A stretch of DNA of 63,944 nucleotides from Octopus bimaculoides (Eukaryota): positions 4,094,192-4,158,135 of the forward strand of contig NC_068984.1 of assembly GCF_001194135.2 (NCBI RefSeq), read 5' to 3'. Positions 39,711 through 53,879 of this stretch are shown in pieces; within the stretch, counting starts at the first letter, position 1; each line of letters starts with the position of its first letter. The notes under the pieces are model-generated. The model was not told the DNA's origin, searched no databases, and worked only from the letters and a program-made list of their open reading frames with translations. The translations under genes and the position numbers were made by a program.

Positions 39711-40670
39711 ATATATATATATNNNNNNNNNNNNNNNNNNNNNNNNNNNNNNNNNNNNNNNNNNNNNNNNNNNNNNNNNNNNNNNNNNNNNNNNNNNNNN
39801 NNNNNNNNNNNNNNNNNNNNNNNNNNNNNNNNNNNNNNNNNNNNNNNNNNNNNNNNNNNNNNNNNNNNNNNNNNNNNNNNNNNNNNNNNNNNNNNNNNNN
39901 NNNNNNNNNNNNNNNNNNNNNNNNNNNNNNNNNNNNNNNNNNNNNNNNNNNNNNNNNNNNNNNNNNNNNNNNNNNNNNNNNNNNNNNNNNNNNNNNNNNN
40001 NNNNNNNNNNNNNNNNNNNNNNNNNNNNNNNNNNNNNNNNNNNNNNNNNNNNNNNNNNNNNNNNNNNNNNNNNNNNNNNNNNNNNNNNNNNNNNNNNNNN
40101 NNNNNNNNNNNNNNNNNNNNNNNNNNNNNNNNNNNNNNNNNNNNNNNNNNNNNNNNNNNNNNNNNNNNNNNNNNNNNNNNNNNNNNNNNNNNNNNNNNNN
40201 NNNNNNNNNNNNNNNNNNNNNNNNNNNNNNNNNNNNNNNNNNNNNNNNNNNNNNNNNNNNNNNNNNNNNNNNNNNNNNNNNNNNNNNNNNNNNNNNNNNN
40301 NNNNNNNNNNNNNNNNNNNNNNNNNNNNNNNNNNNNNNNNNNNNNNNNNNNNNNNNNNNNNNNNNNNNNNNNNNNNNNNNNNNNNNNNNNNNNNNNNNNN
40401 NNNNNNNNNNNNNNNNNNNNNNNNNNNNNNNNNNNNNNNNNNNNNNNNNNNNNNNNNNNNNNNNNNNNNNNNNNNNNNNNNNNNNNNNNNNNNNNNNNNN
40501 NNNNNNNNNNNNNNNNNNNNNNNNNNNNNNNNNNNNNNNNNNNNNNNNNNNNNNNNNNNNNNNNNNNNNNNNNNNNNNNNNNNNNNNNNNNNNNNNNNNN
40601 NNNNNNNNNNNNNNNNNNNNNNNNNNNNNNNNNNNNNNNNNNNNNNNNNNNNNNNNNNNNNNNNNNNNNN

Positions 40671-40734
<64 letters not shown>

Positions 40735-41847
40735 ACATACAACTGGCTTCTTTCAGTTTCTACCTGCCAAATCCACTCATGAGGCCTAAGTCTATAGTAG
40801 ATGCTTGCCTAAAGAGCATCATAGTGGGACTGAATCCAGAACCATGTCATTGGGAAGCAAGCTTCTTATCGCACAGCCACTCCAGCATAATTCTTATGTC
40901 TGCTTATGTGTGCATGCGTGTATGTGTGTGTGGATTATGTAGAATATCTTATTTCTTTAAATGCATTATTGAAGAAAGAAAATCTTTTCCATAGTGGAAA
41001 GAATTTCCCCAAACTAATGCTCTAACCGTAACTAATGTTGACCAGAAACAATTAATAACTGGATGACTTGTTAACATTGAATCATTTCATTCAGTGTTGG
41101 ATGCCTTCAATCCATGAAGATTAATGGAGATTTTGTCTGTGTAATGAGAAGTTTTATTGGCTAATTGCCAGATAATCTTAATTATCAACAAAACTAGTTT
41201 GTCATTGAGTAAAGTTTTAAATTTCAAGAAAAGGCCTTCAAATCTAGCAAATTGATCTAACAGGGTCTATATCCCATGAGCCTAGGGTTAAATATGATCA
41301 ATACTTATTGTATATAAAGGTGACGACCTGTGTTGGAAAGAACCACCTTTCGTCCTGAAAGACGTCAGTCACCATTTACAAACCATTGCTTTTCCCCCAT
41401 TTTAGTGTTTCTCTTTTTATTTAGTTTTATTCTGAATAACTTAGCTTTTGGTTTGAAGAATGAGAGATTGGCACAATTGTTAGATTGGTGAGGAAAGATA
41501 TCGTTAAATATTTATTTCTGTTCCTTTACATTCTTGCTTGATATCTCTCAACAAGTTAACTTACCCTTTCATCGTTACAGGATTAGATACCAGTCATATA
41601 CTGAGGATTAATATAAAGGATTATATACTCATCAATAGTGTGTGGCCTTCTACATAATTTAGAAATTAATATTTTAATTACCAGTAATAGCGGCAAGGTT
41701 TAAATTATATACATTTATTTCCATTTGCATGTTCATTATCATCATCATCATCATCATCATCCTTATGAGTTGGACTGGTCACACTTCAAGTCAGTCCATA
41801 TTCAGAGTAACCTCCCTTTTTGTGCCTGCTTTGGCAACTTGGTTTAG

Positions 41848-42000
41848 GTACATTATTTACATTATTTACATTTGACAGATATTTGTCCTCATCTTGTTTG
41901 TTGTTAACACGTTTCGGCTGATATAGCCTCCAAGCCTTCATCAGGTGTCTTGGGGGAAATTTTGAACCTGGGTTCTCATTCCTAAGGTATTTTTCGATGT
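41848..42000 (-). mobile_element. 5'-truncated hammerhead tail of the same family, abutting an RTE-type tail
   Basis: Reverse complement reads AGACACCTGATGAAGGCTTGGAGGCTATATCAGCCGAAACGTGTT (small deletion at the cleavage site). Confidence 0.75.
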
Positions 42001-42524
42001 TACTATTCATCATCATCATCATCATCATCGTTTAACGTCCGCTTTCCATGCTAGCATGGGTTGGACAATTTGACTGAGGACTGGCAAGCCAGAAGGCTGC
42101 ACCAGGCTCCAATCTGATCTGGCAGAGTTTCTACAGCTGGATGCCCTTCCTAACGCCAACCACTCTGAGAGTGTAGTGGGTGCTTTTACATGCCACTGGC
42201 ATGGTACTGACAATGGCCATGCTCAAAATGAAGAGTGCAAAGCCAGCGGGTGGTTTGTTGACAGGAGAAATGACACCACAGTACTTGTGGCCTTTTGAAT
42301 ACACACACACATACACACATCACTACCTTCATCCTCACCATCATCTGACATTTACTTTCCATGCTGGCATAGGTTTGATGTGTCAGAGTCATCCTGTATT
42401 TGAAGTTACTGCTGTCTTTGCTGAGTTAAGAAGTTTTATTTTTGGTTTGGTTCAGCTGACCTTCCTAACATCAGTCACACTTTACTCAGTGTACTGGATG
42501 TATTTTATCATGGCACCAGCATCT

Positions 42525-42556
<32 letters not shown>

Positions 42557-43630
42557 ACATAATTAAGGGATCAGCAAGCATTTGCTTCACCATATACCGA
42601 AGTTCAGAAATAGCAGCTAAAAAAGCTGAGACTCCAACAGATAGCATTACTTGTAACTCAATGCTAACTGTTGGAGTCTCAGCTTTTTTAGCTGCTATTT
42701 CTGAACTTCGGTATATGNNNNNNNNNNNNNNNNNNNNNNNNNNNNNNNNNNNNNNNNNNNNNNNNNNNNNNNNNNNNNNNNNNNNNNNNNNNNNNNNNNN
42801 NNNNNNNNNNNNNNNNNNNNNNNNNNNNNNNNNNNNNNNNNNNNNNNNNNNNNNNNNNNNNNNNNNNNNNNNNNNNNNNNNNNNNNNNNNNNNNNNNNNN
42901 NNNNNNNNNNNNNNNNNNNNNNNNNNNNNNNNNNNNNNNNNNNNNNNNNNNNNNNNNNNNNNNNNNNNNNNNNNNNNNNNNNNNNNNNNNNNNNNNNNNN
43001 NNNNNNNNNNNNNNNNNNNNNNNNNNNNNNNNNNNNNNNNNNNNNNNNNNNNNNNNNNNNNNNNNNNNNNNNNNNNNNNNNNNNNNNNNNNNNNNNNNNN
43101 NNNNNNNNNNNNNNNNNNNNNNNNNNNNNNNNNNNNNNNNNNNNNNNNNNNNNNNNNNNNNNNNNNNNNNNNNNNNNNNNNNNNNNNNNNNNNNNNNNNN
43201 NNNNNNNNNNNNNNNNNNNNNNNNNNNNNNNNNNNNNNNNNNNNNNNNNNNNNNNNNNNNNNNNNNNNNNNNNNNNNNNNNNNNNNNNNNNNNNNNNNNN
43301 NNNNNNNNNNNNNNNNNNNNNNNNNNNNNNNNNNNNNNNNNNNNNNNNNNNNNNNNNNNNNNNNNNNNNNNNNNNNNNNNNNNNNNNNNNNNNNNNNNNN
43401 NNNNNNNNNNNNNNNNNNNNNNNNNNNNNNNNNNNNNNNNNNNNNNNNNNNNNNNNNNNNNNNNNNNNNNNNNNNNNNNNNNNNNNNNNNNNNNNNNNNN
43501 NNNNNNNNNNNNNNNNNNNNNNNNNNNNNNNNNNNNNNNNNNNNNNNNNNNNNNNNNNNNNNNNNNNNNNNNNNNNNNNNNNNNNNNNNNNNNNNNNNNN
43601 NNNNNNNNNNNNNNNNNNNNNNNNNNNNNN

Positions 43631-43679
<49 letters not shown>

Positions 43680-44726
43680 ATGTATGTATTGAAAAAATAG
43701 AGTCAACAAGAAGGAGTACAGTCAGACAGCTATTTGATAAATACTACACATGTTTTGATACAACATATATCCACATATACACAGGATTCAAATTAAGCAA
43801 TGGTTTACCTGTATAATGGCATCCAGTTGTATCTCCTCAGGTGATATACAGTCACTGTCCCTGTTAATAAAACTTTAACTTCAATGCTAACACATCCAAC
43901 TATATATCACCTGGATCCCATTGTACAGGTAAACCATTGCTTAATTTAAATCCTCTGTGTATGTGGATCTATGTTGTATGGAAACATGTGTAGTGTTTAT
44001 TAGATTGAACTTGTGTGTGTGTGTGCATATATATCTATAACTGACCAGCTGCATTTCAGTTTCCATTTACCAAATCCACAAGTTTTGGTCATCCCTGAGT
44101 AAAAGTGGAAGACACAGGTGCAAGTTGCTGCGTTCTAGGACTGAACCTCAAACTGCATGGCTGGGAAGGAAGCCTTGTGTGTGTTTGTGTGTCTGTATGT
44201 TTCTGTATGTTTCTTTCTGTGTCTGTTTCTTTATACATAAGTGGTGCTTATGTTTGTTTGTGTCACATAAATACTATCTTCTGTAACTTGGTGGTCTGAC
44301 TTTCAGAGCCCAATGGAATAAAACAGTACCTAACTCAGAAATCAAGGGTTGGCATCAGGAAGAGCATCCAACCCTGAAATGGTGCCTCATTCAGACATGT
44401 CCAACTCATGGTTATATGGAAGAAAAAAAAAGCAGACATAAAAAAAAAAACCAATGACAATGGTGATGACGTCACCCATTACTAAACAACAGTTTTGCAA
44501 TGAATGCAATAACCTGGCAGTATTTTGTTTGTTTGTTTTCTCTTCTTTTCCAAATAATGTTTGTTTCCTGATTAATTATTCAACATTTAGTGAAGAAATA
44601 ACAGAAATGAAGTTACAACTCTAACACTTAGACAAATATTAAAAATCAAGTGAAGAAAGAGACATCAGACATGTTAGAAGAAGGGGGCGGTAATAATAAT
44701 AATAATAAGAAGAAGAAGAAGAGTAA

Positions 44727-45090
44727 TAAGAGCACTCAGAGAGTGCGAACCTCTGCCAAGGCAACACTGTCTTCTCAATGATTAGCCAGAGATGATTTTT
44801 AAAATGAGAATATCTGAAATAAACTCGATTGCTCTCATAAACGAGAATACTAAAAATGAACCTGACTGCTCTCAAAAATTAAGTAAAAAAACAGGAAACA
44901 TAATCCAGAATCCTTGTCCAGTACTAGATTGATCCCAAAATCTAATCAGTTTGTGCCAGTCACGAGGCCAAACATTCCTGAAAGTTTCATCCGAATCCAT
45001 CCAGCAGTTCTTAAGATATCTTGTCCATGGACAAACAAACAAACACAACTGAAAACAATACCTCTGCCTTTGCTAAGGAGGAGCTAATAA
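44727..45090 (-). mobile_element. Helentron-associated non-autonomous element (DINE-1/HINE-like architecture)
   Basis: Terminal hairpin GCACTC-aga-GAGTGC beside sub-TIR ACCTCTGCC, internal (CAAA)n, and at the other end ACCTCTGCC-tttgctaa-GGAGGAGCT inverted repeat. Confidence 0.65.
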
Positions 45091-46073
45091 TAATAATGAT
45101 AATGTTTTCGAGTTTAGGCACAGGGCCAGCAATTTCGGGAGAGGAATGGGTTGATTAGATTGATCCCAGTGCTCAACTGGTTCTTATTTGACTCTGAATG
45201 AATGGAAGGCAAAGTCAACCTTGGCAGAGTGTGAACTTAGAATGTCTTGAAGCCATCAAGTGTTCAAAACCCTCCTGATGATCTTTGCAGTTCCTAAGAG
45301 ACAAACCTTCTGTAGCACTACAGGACATTCCATTCTAGTCTCCTTCATCCATTTGTCTATGTCATCCCTTTACAGATTTCAAGTTCCAAATCCTTACAAT
45401 TTCAGATTTAAAGGGATTTAGTTTTTCAAATTTTAATCTGCTTTCTTCACAGTCCTGAAATCAAATGGACATGATGGATTAATCAGAATGCAAATTCTAC
45501 TTAACTTGTCTTTACTGTAATATTGCGTTTGTTATGTTCCTTAAAACCCTTGCTGAGTCTATTGTGAAGATTCTCCTGCCTCCTTCCTTTGGTCAGGAAG
45601 GGCAGGCTGTGTTTGCCTGGTGGTCTTAGTGAAAGAGGTTGTATAGGCAACAAGGTTGAAAGGACTAAAGACTGATACTTGACCCTCTTTGGCCAAGCCC
45701 TTGTCAGCGTTTTCAAGTTTCACTTGAAAAGGAAAGTGATGGTAGAAATGGAAGTGCTGCCTCCCACCAATTTTGTTGAAGGGTGAGTGAATGTGGCAAC
45801 AATGGTCTGAGTGAACATTCTAAGCATGCACCTGTAAATTGAAAGAAAATGATATGGAGAGGGCAGGGCAGCCATGGTTTTGTGCGGATTTCACTAGCAG
45901 CCCTAGAAAGTTGCCCACTTTTGAGGAATTATTCATTGTCAAAATTTATTTTATCTTCATTTTTCTACATTTTACACTCTTCTTTATGTAATCTCTCATT
46001 GTATTGTCCTGTGCCAGCCCTCAAATATTTTATATTATTTTGTAAACCCTTAGTGATAAATAAAGAAAGCTTT

Positions 46074-46386
46074 ATTGTTGTTGTTGCTATATCATGAAAA
46101 ATCTCAGCTTTATTTTTGCTGGCTATGATGGAAAATGTCAGCTATCCACAGCCAGCAGACTAAGGTGACACTTGTTTACTGATCATGCTTCAAGAACCCT
46201 ACGGACAACTCTTGCAGTTCCAAGCAATGAGGATTTTTGTAGTTCTTCTATCTTTACATTTATTCTAATCTTCTTGAGCCATGTTGGTTGTTCAATACTG
46301 ATACCTCCAAGTGCACCAATCTCTATTTGCATCACAGCCACTTTCTTCATTGCCCACGACCTGCATATTCCTCACTTCAATTCATC
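46074..46386 (-). mobile_element. R4/Dong-like (restriction-like endonuclease) non-LTR retrotransposon 3' end
   Basis: DELK*GICRSWAMKKVAVMQIEIGALGG...KIEELQKSSLLGTARVVRRVLEA* (stop 46183-46185), short UTR and (CAA/TAA) tail, adjacent to (TAA)n. Confidence 0.85.
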
Positions 46387-46404
46387 ATAGTTTTGTTGTT
46401 GTTG

Positions 46405-46453
<49 letters not shown>

Positions 46454-46783
46454 CAGCTTTTGATTTTATGTTCCTAATATATCTTACTGAAGAAATTATT
46501 GATCTATTTTTACATTACATTTGACACATTTCAATCAATTTAGATTAGTAATTCTCTTTCAAACACTCTCTTTTCTTTTTCTATGCATTTACTAGACAAT
46601 TTTTAAAAACTAAATTTCTTTACAAAAAGAAATATTTTTCCTGCTCTTTTATTAGAGATACTTGATAGTGAATTATCTTGCATGTATATAGGTATATATG
46701 TACATATATATATATTGTGAGTTGTATATTTATATATAAGATAATGAATTAGTTATATATATGTATTTGTATGTGTGTGTATG

Positions 46784-46840
<57 letters not shown>

Positions 46841-46912
46841 ATATAATAATTGATGAGGGAAATGGAAGATAGGTTTAGCACTAGTCTTTATTCTCATTGG
46901 TCCAAAAATTAT

Positions 46913-46943
<31 letters not shown>

Positions 46944-47303
46944 CATGTACTCACTCACACACATATATGTATGTGTGTACATATATATGTGTGTGTGTGT
47001 GAGAGAGAGAGAGGTCTTTGTCTTGCATGTTACTTGGTGACCCCGTCAGTGCAGGTATCACTTAAAAAGCATTCAGTCCACACTGAAGTGGTTGGCATTT
47101 GGAAAGGCATCCAGCTGTAAAAATCTTGCCAAAACTCACTTTGCATGTGCTTGTGCCACATAATTTGCACTTGCCACCATCCATCTCTTTCTCTTCCTTT
47201 ATTCCACCATCCCATTTATATTCTGATTCCTGTTCCTTGTGAGTATCCCTCAGCACTTCACCACCATCTCTCTACTGCTCTTTCTTGTGCTCTTGATATA
47301 TCA

Positions 47304-47361
<58 letters not shown>

Positions 47362-47409
47362 NNNNNNNNNNNNNNNNNNNNNNNNNNNNNNNNNNNNNNN
47401 NNNNNNCTC

Positions 47410-47456
<47 letters not shown>

Positions 47457-47921
47457 TTCTGGCTGGGTAACCATGTACTTCCCTCCTCTACAACAAGACA
47501 CCTGTTTCTGCCTCTCTGTCTCTCTGTCACACTTGAACCTTTCATCATCTGACACAAGACTACCTCTTTCAATGCCCCCTCCCCTCTTAAAGGATCCTTG
47601 TCTTGCAAGTTACTTAGTGACCCTACCAGTGTTGGTGTCACATAAAATGCGGCTGGCATTTGGAAGGGCATCCAGTCATAAAAAGCTTGACAAAACTGAC
47701 CTCGCCTGTGCTTGTGCCAAGTAAAAAGCACTAAGTCCACTCTGTTGCGTGGTTGGTGTTAGGAAGGGCATCCTAACTCTATAACTGTAAAAGGAAGGGC
47801 ATCCAGCTGTAAAAATCCTGCCAAAACAGTCACAGAATTCTGGTGCAGGCTTCTACCTGGCCAGCTTCTGCTAAACCATCCCACCCATGCCAGCATGGAA
47901 GGTGGACGTTAAACGATGATG

Positions 47922-47961
<40 letters not shown>

Positions 47962-48492
47962 NNNNNNNNNNNNNNNNNNNNNNNNNNNNNNNNNNNNNNN
48001 NNNNNNNNNNNNNNNNNNNNNNNNNNNNNNNNNNNNNNNNNNNNNNNNNNNNNNNNNNNNNNNNNNNNNNNNNNNNNNNNNNNNNNNNNNNNNNNNNNNN
48101 NNNNNNNNNNNNNNNNNNNNNNNNNNNNNNNNNNNNNNNNNNNNNNNNNNNNNNNNNNNNNNNNNNNNNNNNNNNNNNNNNNNNNNNNNNNNNNNNNNNN
48201 NNNNNNNNNNNNNNNNNNNNNNNNNNNNNNNNNNNNNNNNNNNNNNNNNNNNNNNNNNNNNNNNNNNNNNNNNNNNNNNNNNNNNNNNNNNNNNNNNNNN
48301 NNNNNNNNNNNNNNNNNNNNNNNNNNNNNNNNNNNNNNNNNNNNNNNNNNNNNNNNNNNNNNNNNNNNNNNNNNNNNNNNNNNNNNNTTTTTGAAGCCTG
48401 GTACTTATTGTGTTGGTTACTTTTGTGGAACTGCTAAGTTACTGAGACATAAACATACCAACACCAGTTGTCAAGTGGTAGTGGGGAACAAA

Positions 48493-48532
<40 letters not shown>

Positions 48533-49977
48533 TATTTATATATTTATATATACTACAGACTTCTTTTAGTTCCCATGAATCAAATCCACTCACAAAGATT
48601 TGGTCAGATCAAGGCTATAGTAGAGAATACTTGCCCAAGGTACCACACAATGGGACTGAACCCAGAACCATTTGGCTGGGAAGCAAACGTCTTAACCCCA
48701 CAGTCATGCCATATATATGTATGTGTCAGGGTGTTCATGTGTATCATCATCATCATCATCATCATCATCATATGTCTGGTCCGTTTTTCCATGCTGGCAT
48801 GGGTTGGACAGTTTGACAGGAGTTGGCCAGCTGGGGCAGCTCACTAAACTCCCTTTGTCTGTTTTGGCAGCCACATTACAGAGTGTGTTGGGTGCTTTCT
48901 ACACAGCACCAACCAAAGTGCATTTCATGTGCAACTGGCACAAGTGCATGGCACCAGCAACTGCACAGGACATTCCCTGTATGTATGGATGATCGTGATT
49001 TTATTTAGTTTTTCTTTTATTATTTTTTTTTTTTGTGTTTCAGTCATTTAACTGTGGCCATGCTGGAACACTGCCTTGAAGGGTTTTATTTTTTTAAGTG
49101 TAGTACCTATTCTATCATTCTTTTGCTGAACCGCTAAGTTATGGGGATGTAAACACACCAACACCAGTTGTCAAGTAGTCATAGAGATACAAACACAAAG
49201 ACACACACATGGATATATACATATATATACACGCGCACATACACACATATACGACAAGCTTCTTTCAGTTTCCGTCTACCAAATGCACTCAAGGCTTTGG
49301 TCAGCTTGAAGCTATAGTGGAAGACACTTGTCCAAAGTGCCATGCAGTGGGACTGAACCCAGACCCATATGGTTGGGAAGCAAGCACTTTAACACACAGC
49401 TACACCTGCACCTATATATATTGTCATCGTTATTGTTTAATGTCCAGTTTCCACGCTGGTATGGGTTGGACTGTTCTATTGGTGCTGGCAAGCCAGCAGG
49501 CTGCACCAAGTTCTACCGTCTGTCTGCTTCCAGCCATAGAAACATATCAGAGCAGATGGTAGAAGTTGGCTCAGTCTTCTAACTTGTCAGTTCCTGTCAA
49601 ACCATCCAGCTCATGCCGGCATGGAAGGAGAACATTCAATGATAATGATGGTGCTGACATATATGTATATACATAAATGTGTGTGTGAGTGTGTGCATTA
49701 CCGTATGAGAGTTACAAGCGGGTGTCATCATCGTGCACAGTGTCCCCTTCATTTCCAATTTTCTCTGGTCACAGGGAAATATTACTTCACTTGGAAATAG
49801 GTTAAGTTATGACCACAGGAGAGAGGCATCCAACCATAGGAAATGATCCGCCTCAACATGTTTTGCCCAACTCATGTGAGCATGGAAAAGTGGACATTAG
49901 AAAAATGATGGTCATGACGATGATGATGATATGTATGTATATAAACACTAAGTTATTTTGCATATATCTATATATCA

Positions 49978-50044
<67 letters not shown>

Positions 50045-51090
50045 TGTTTTATAAACCTGTATTGCTGTTTCCTAAACAATACAACCTTGATAAGTATTTG
50101 TGTTTTTTTAAATGGATATTCATGTTTTATAAGCAATTCGATGTATTTAAATATCACATGAGATGTATTACTGTTTTTGTTGTTTTCAAGATGACATAAA
50201 ATTGACTTCAAATGTAGTAAATAAAATATTTACTGCATTTTAATGAAAGCGGTATTGTTGATTACATTAATGCTGTTTACTTTGAAGTTGAAGTAAAAAC
50301 ATCTTTCAGTTGTGAATAGTTAAAACACTAACTGTTTGTAATGGCTTTAAAAAAATTTCTTTTTTGTGTTTTCTCTTAGATAAATTACATTTATTGGAGT
50401 TAATTTCCCCAGGGCAATTCTGTTTAAATTTGCTGCATAGAAATATATTTTATATAAAACATATATGAATAAAGCAGTAAAACAGGAGAAAGGAAGAAAA
50501 ATCGTATTAAATGTATCTCTGACAGAAATACCTTCATGCACATACACACACATTGTCATATCCATTGTAGTTAACGTCTTTATTGTTAAGTAATTAATTA
50601 ACAATTATAAAGGTGAACTATAACCATTGCTGTGAGTGTTTGTATTGGCAGAGTGACCCTCCTAAAGTGCAATATCTGCTGGAACGTTTCAACAATCATG
50701 TGAAGTAAATACAAAATCTGTACGTGCGTATCTATATGCATGTAAATGCAGGCTATGTAAGTGTGGGCTAACTTTTGGTGATTCATTCTATTGTCACTCA
50801 AAGTTTCTCACATATAAAGCATAAATCTGATCAATCAAGCAATATTTAATGAATTTTTGCGGATGGTGGTGTGCTTTGAGACCATTAACTTGATGAATTC
50901 TTATTAGTTAAAGCTGGTTAGATGGCCAAAAATGTTGCAGACCAAAATGACTGGATTACTATGGTGTAAAGGAGGCTACCAAGTTGAGAAGATCTAACTT
51001 GACTGAAACATCCTCATAATATGGATATTACAATGAATACAGCCTGGAATCTTCCAGCTCTGGTAAAATATTTCTCACTAAATCATACTA

Positions 51091-52374
51091 TTAGGTCGTC
51101 AATTTATAGAAAAGAAAAAGAAGTTTGCTAATGTTTTCTAAATACAAGGAATAGTTTTATTCATCAAAGTATGCACTGATATTGTCAACACACTTTTGCC
51201 ATTTCAGTGGTAGCTTGTCCAGCCAGGAACTGTAAAGGCCTCACAATTTAGAGTCAATAAAATCTTGGAAGGTTTGTTTTACAGCATCATCAGAATTACA
51301 TTTTTTTCCTATCAAAATGTTATCCAAATTCTGGAAGAAGTGGTAGTCAGTGGGGGCAAGATCAGGTGACTATGGTGGAACTTCCAACTCCAACTCCTGT
51401 ACTTTCGCCAATGTCATTTTTGCGATTTGTGGTCTGGTGTTGTCTTGCAATAAAATAGGAGTGGATCTGTTGACTAATCTAGGCCGCTTTTTTTTGTGTT
51501 TTTTGTAAGTTTCGGTATCATTTGGTCCAGTTGGCTGCAGTATACTTCGGTCGTAATTGATGAGCCAGGTTTAATGAAATCATAATGGATCACACCTGCG
51601 CCAGACCACCAAACACATACCATCAGCTTCTTTTGATGAATTTTGCTTTTTGGACTGTGTTTTGGTGGCTCTTCTTTGTCCAACCATTGTGCTGAACGTT
51701 TACAGTTGTTGTAGTGGATCCATTTCTCATCACATGTTAGAATTCGATTAAAAAATGATTCATTTTTGTGACTAGAAAGTAGCATAATGTAGGCTTCCAA
51801 ACGTTGCTGTTTCTGATTTTCATTGAGTTCATGTGGAACCCACTTATCCAAGTTTTTCACTTTACCAATTTGAACTAGGTGAGTCAATATTGTTTGCTTG
51901 TTTTACACCAAGCAACAACGATAATTCACAGGCACTTTGAGATGGATCTGACTCAACCGTGGCATTCAGTTTGTCATTATCCACTTTTCTTTCTGGTCGA
52001 CCGTGTTGCTCATTTGTAAGGTCAAAGTTACCAGAACGGAATTTTGCAAACCAATTTGATACTGTCTGCTGTTTAATAACATTAGAATGAAATACTCCAT
52101 TAATATTCCGAGCTGTCTGTGATGCTGTATTTCCAAGAAAGAACTCATATTTCAAAACTGTATGAATTTTCGACTTGTCCATCTCTAAACAAAAATAGCA
52201 AAAAATGAGTTATAAATGCTTTATAAAGTGCAAAATGAGAGTTAGAATAAAGAAATAGACGTGTCAGCTTTCTAACAAAAAATAAAGCTTGTCAAAATAC
52301 AATAATGGCACAAAATGAGCAGCTGTCAAAGTTCATCATATACCTTACTACAAATTTCATACTTGACGACCTAA
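51091..52374 (-). mobile_element. Full-length mariner (DD34D) DNA transposon, inactivated
   Basis: TIRs TTAGGTCGTCAA at 51091 and TTGACGACCTAA ending 52374, both flanked by TA. Length 1,284 bp, typical of mariners. Confidence 0.95.
51160..52182 (-). pseudogene. Mariner transposase pseudogene (frameshifts and stops)
   Basis: HTH N-terminus (MDKSKIHTVLKYEF...WFAKFRSGNFDL), WVPHEL, ILTCDEKW, LLQDN, SPDLAPTDYHFF and KWQKCVD, split across frames. Confidence 0.92.
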
Positions 52375-53879
52375 TATAAATCTTTCAATATACACAATGT
52401 TAAGATCAGCTACTCTCACCCAGACAACTTTGTTTCCCAGATTATACACAGCAGTCAGAAAAATACATCCACACAGCACCATCCCAATAGAAAATTACAG
52501 ATGCTTTTATTAATTACTTAATTTTACTTCACTAGTTAAATGTTCACTGTCTTCATTGGCAACAAATTCCATTGTAACTACTCCCCACTCCCCTATACAC
52601 ACGAAAACCATCTCAGAAAACAGTAAATCTAATTAAGACCAGTATAGAGTGAAGTGAGCACTTCTTTAGGTTGACTTACTGGATCTTTTTTAAAACGGGG
52701 GCCACATTTTTCATTAATGTTTTATGTAGTGTTTTTGGTACCGAAAGACTTTCAAACTTCGTATACTTATCTATTTTGTGTTATAGAACAGAAAAATATT
52801 TTTGTATTCGAATTTATTTCATGTAAAAAATTGTCTTATTTCAATAATTTCAACCAATCACTGACAAGTATTCAGTTGTTTACATTTACTCCTTTGGCTG
52901 ATTAAGCGGTGTAAAGCGTATTTAATTTCCCTAGCTTCGTTTTGCTTTTTTCTTTTTAAATTTGCTGTTTTACCCTAACCCTAACCCTATCAGCGATAGA
53001 ATTGTTTCNNNNNNNNNNNNNNNNNNNNNNNNNNNNNNNNNNNNNNNNNNNNNNNNNNNNNNNNNNNNNNNNNNNNNNNNNNNNNNNNNNNNNNNNNNNN
53101 NNNNNNNNNNNNNNNNNNNNNNNNNNNNNNNNNNNNNNNNNNNNNNNNNNNNNNNNNNNNNNNNNNNNNNNNNNNNNNNNNNNNNNNNNNNNNNNNNNNN
53201 NNNNNNNNNNNNNNNNNNNNNNNNNNNNNNNNNNNNNNNNNNNNNNNNNNNNNNNNNNNNNNNNNNNNNNNNNNNNNNNNNNNNNNNNNNNNNNNNNNNN
53301 NNNNNNNNNNNNNNNNNNNNNNNNNNNNNNNNNNNNNNNNNNNNNNNNNNNNNNNNNNNNNNNNNNNNNNNNNNNNNNNNNNNNNNNNNNNNNNNNNNNN
53401 NNNNNNNNNNNNNNNNNNNNNNNNNNNNNNNNNNNNNNNNNNNNNNNNNNNNNNNNNNNNNNNNNNNNNNNNNNNNNNNNNNNNNNNNNNNNNNNNNNNN
53501 NNNNNNNNNNCTTATATGGGGAAAGTAAGAAGAAAAAAGCGAAAATGCACATTGAATATCAAAAAAATAATGGCTTTTTTATGAAAAGTAACGATAAATA
53601 TATACAATTAGATGAACTGATGTAGAATTAAGGAATAAAAGCTATTATTTTGAATTATTAAAGGGATTCAAAGTCCACACACACACACACAATATATGCA
53701 AACACACACACACACACAAACAGTAAGAATAATGAATTTAGTACAACTTTATTATTAGTTGTAAGAGCACCGCTTCATTTCTAACATTGTTGCCCATAAA
53801 TGATTTCAAGTGAAAAGTTATGCAGGATGTGCTGTTGATTATATTGGGGTAATATTACAGACTAGCATCAAATTGTGCA

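Noticed and set aside
39643-40994. Long ORFs spanning N runs (also at 2.5, 22.4, 36.8, 42.7, 48, 53 and 62.6 kb)
   Set aside because: Open only because N codons contain no stops.
45590-45790. Near-open plus-strand frame ending at GG|GTGAGT (FHLKRKVMVEMEVLPPTNFVEG)
   Set aside because: An in-frame stop follows the best acceptor and there is no recognisable homology; could be a decayed repeat.
52970-52990. Telomere-like (TAACCC)n, also GGGTTA x3 at ~19125
   Set aside because: Only about three units embedded in interspersed sequence; not a telomere or a meaningful interstitial array.
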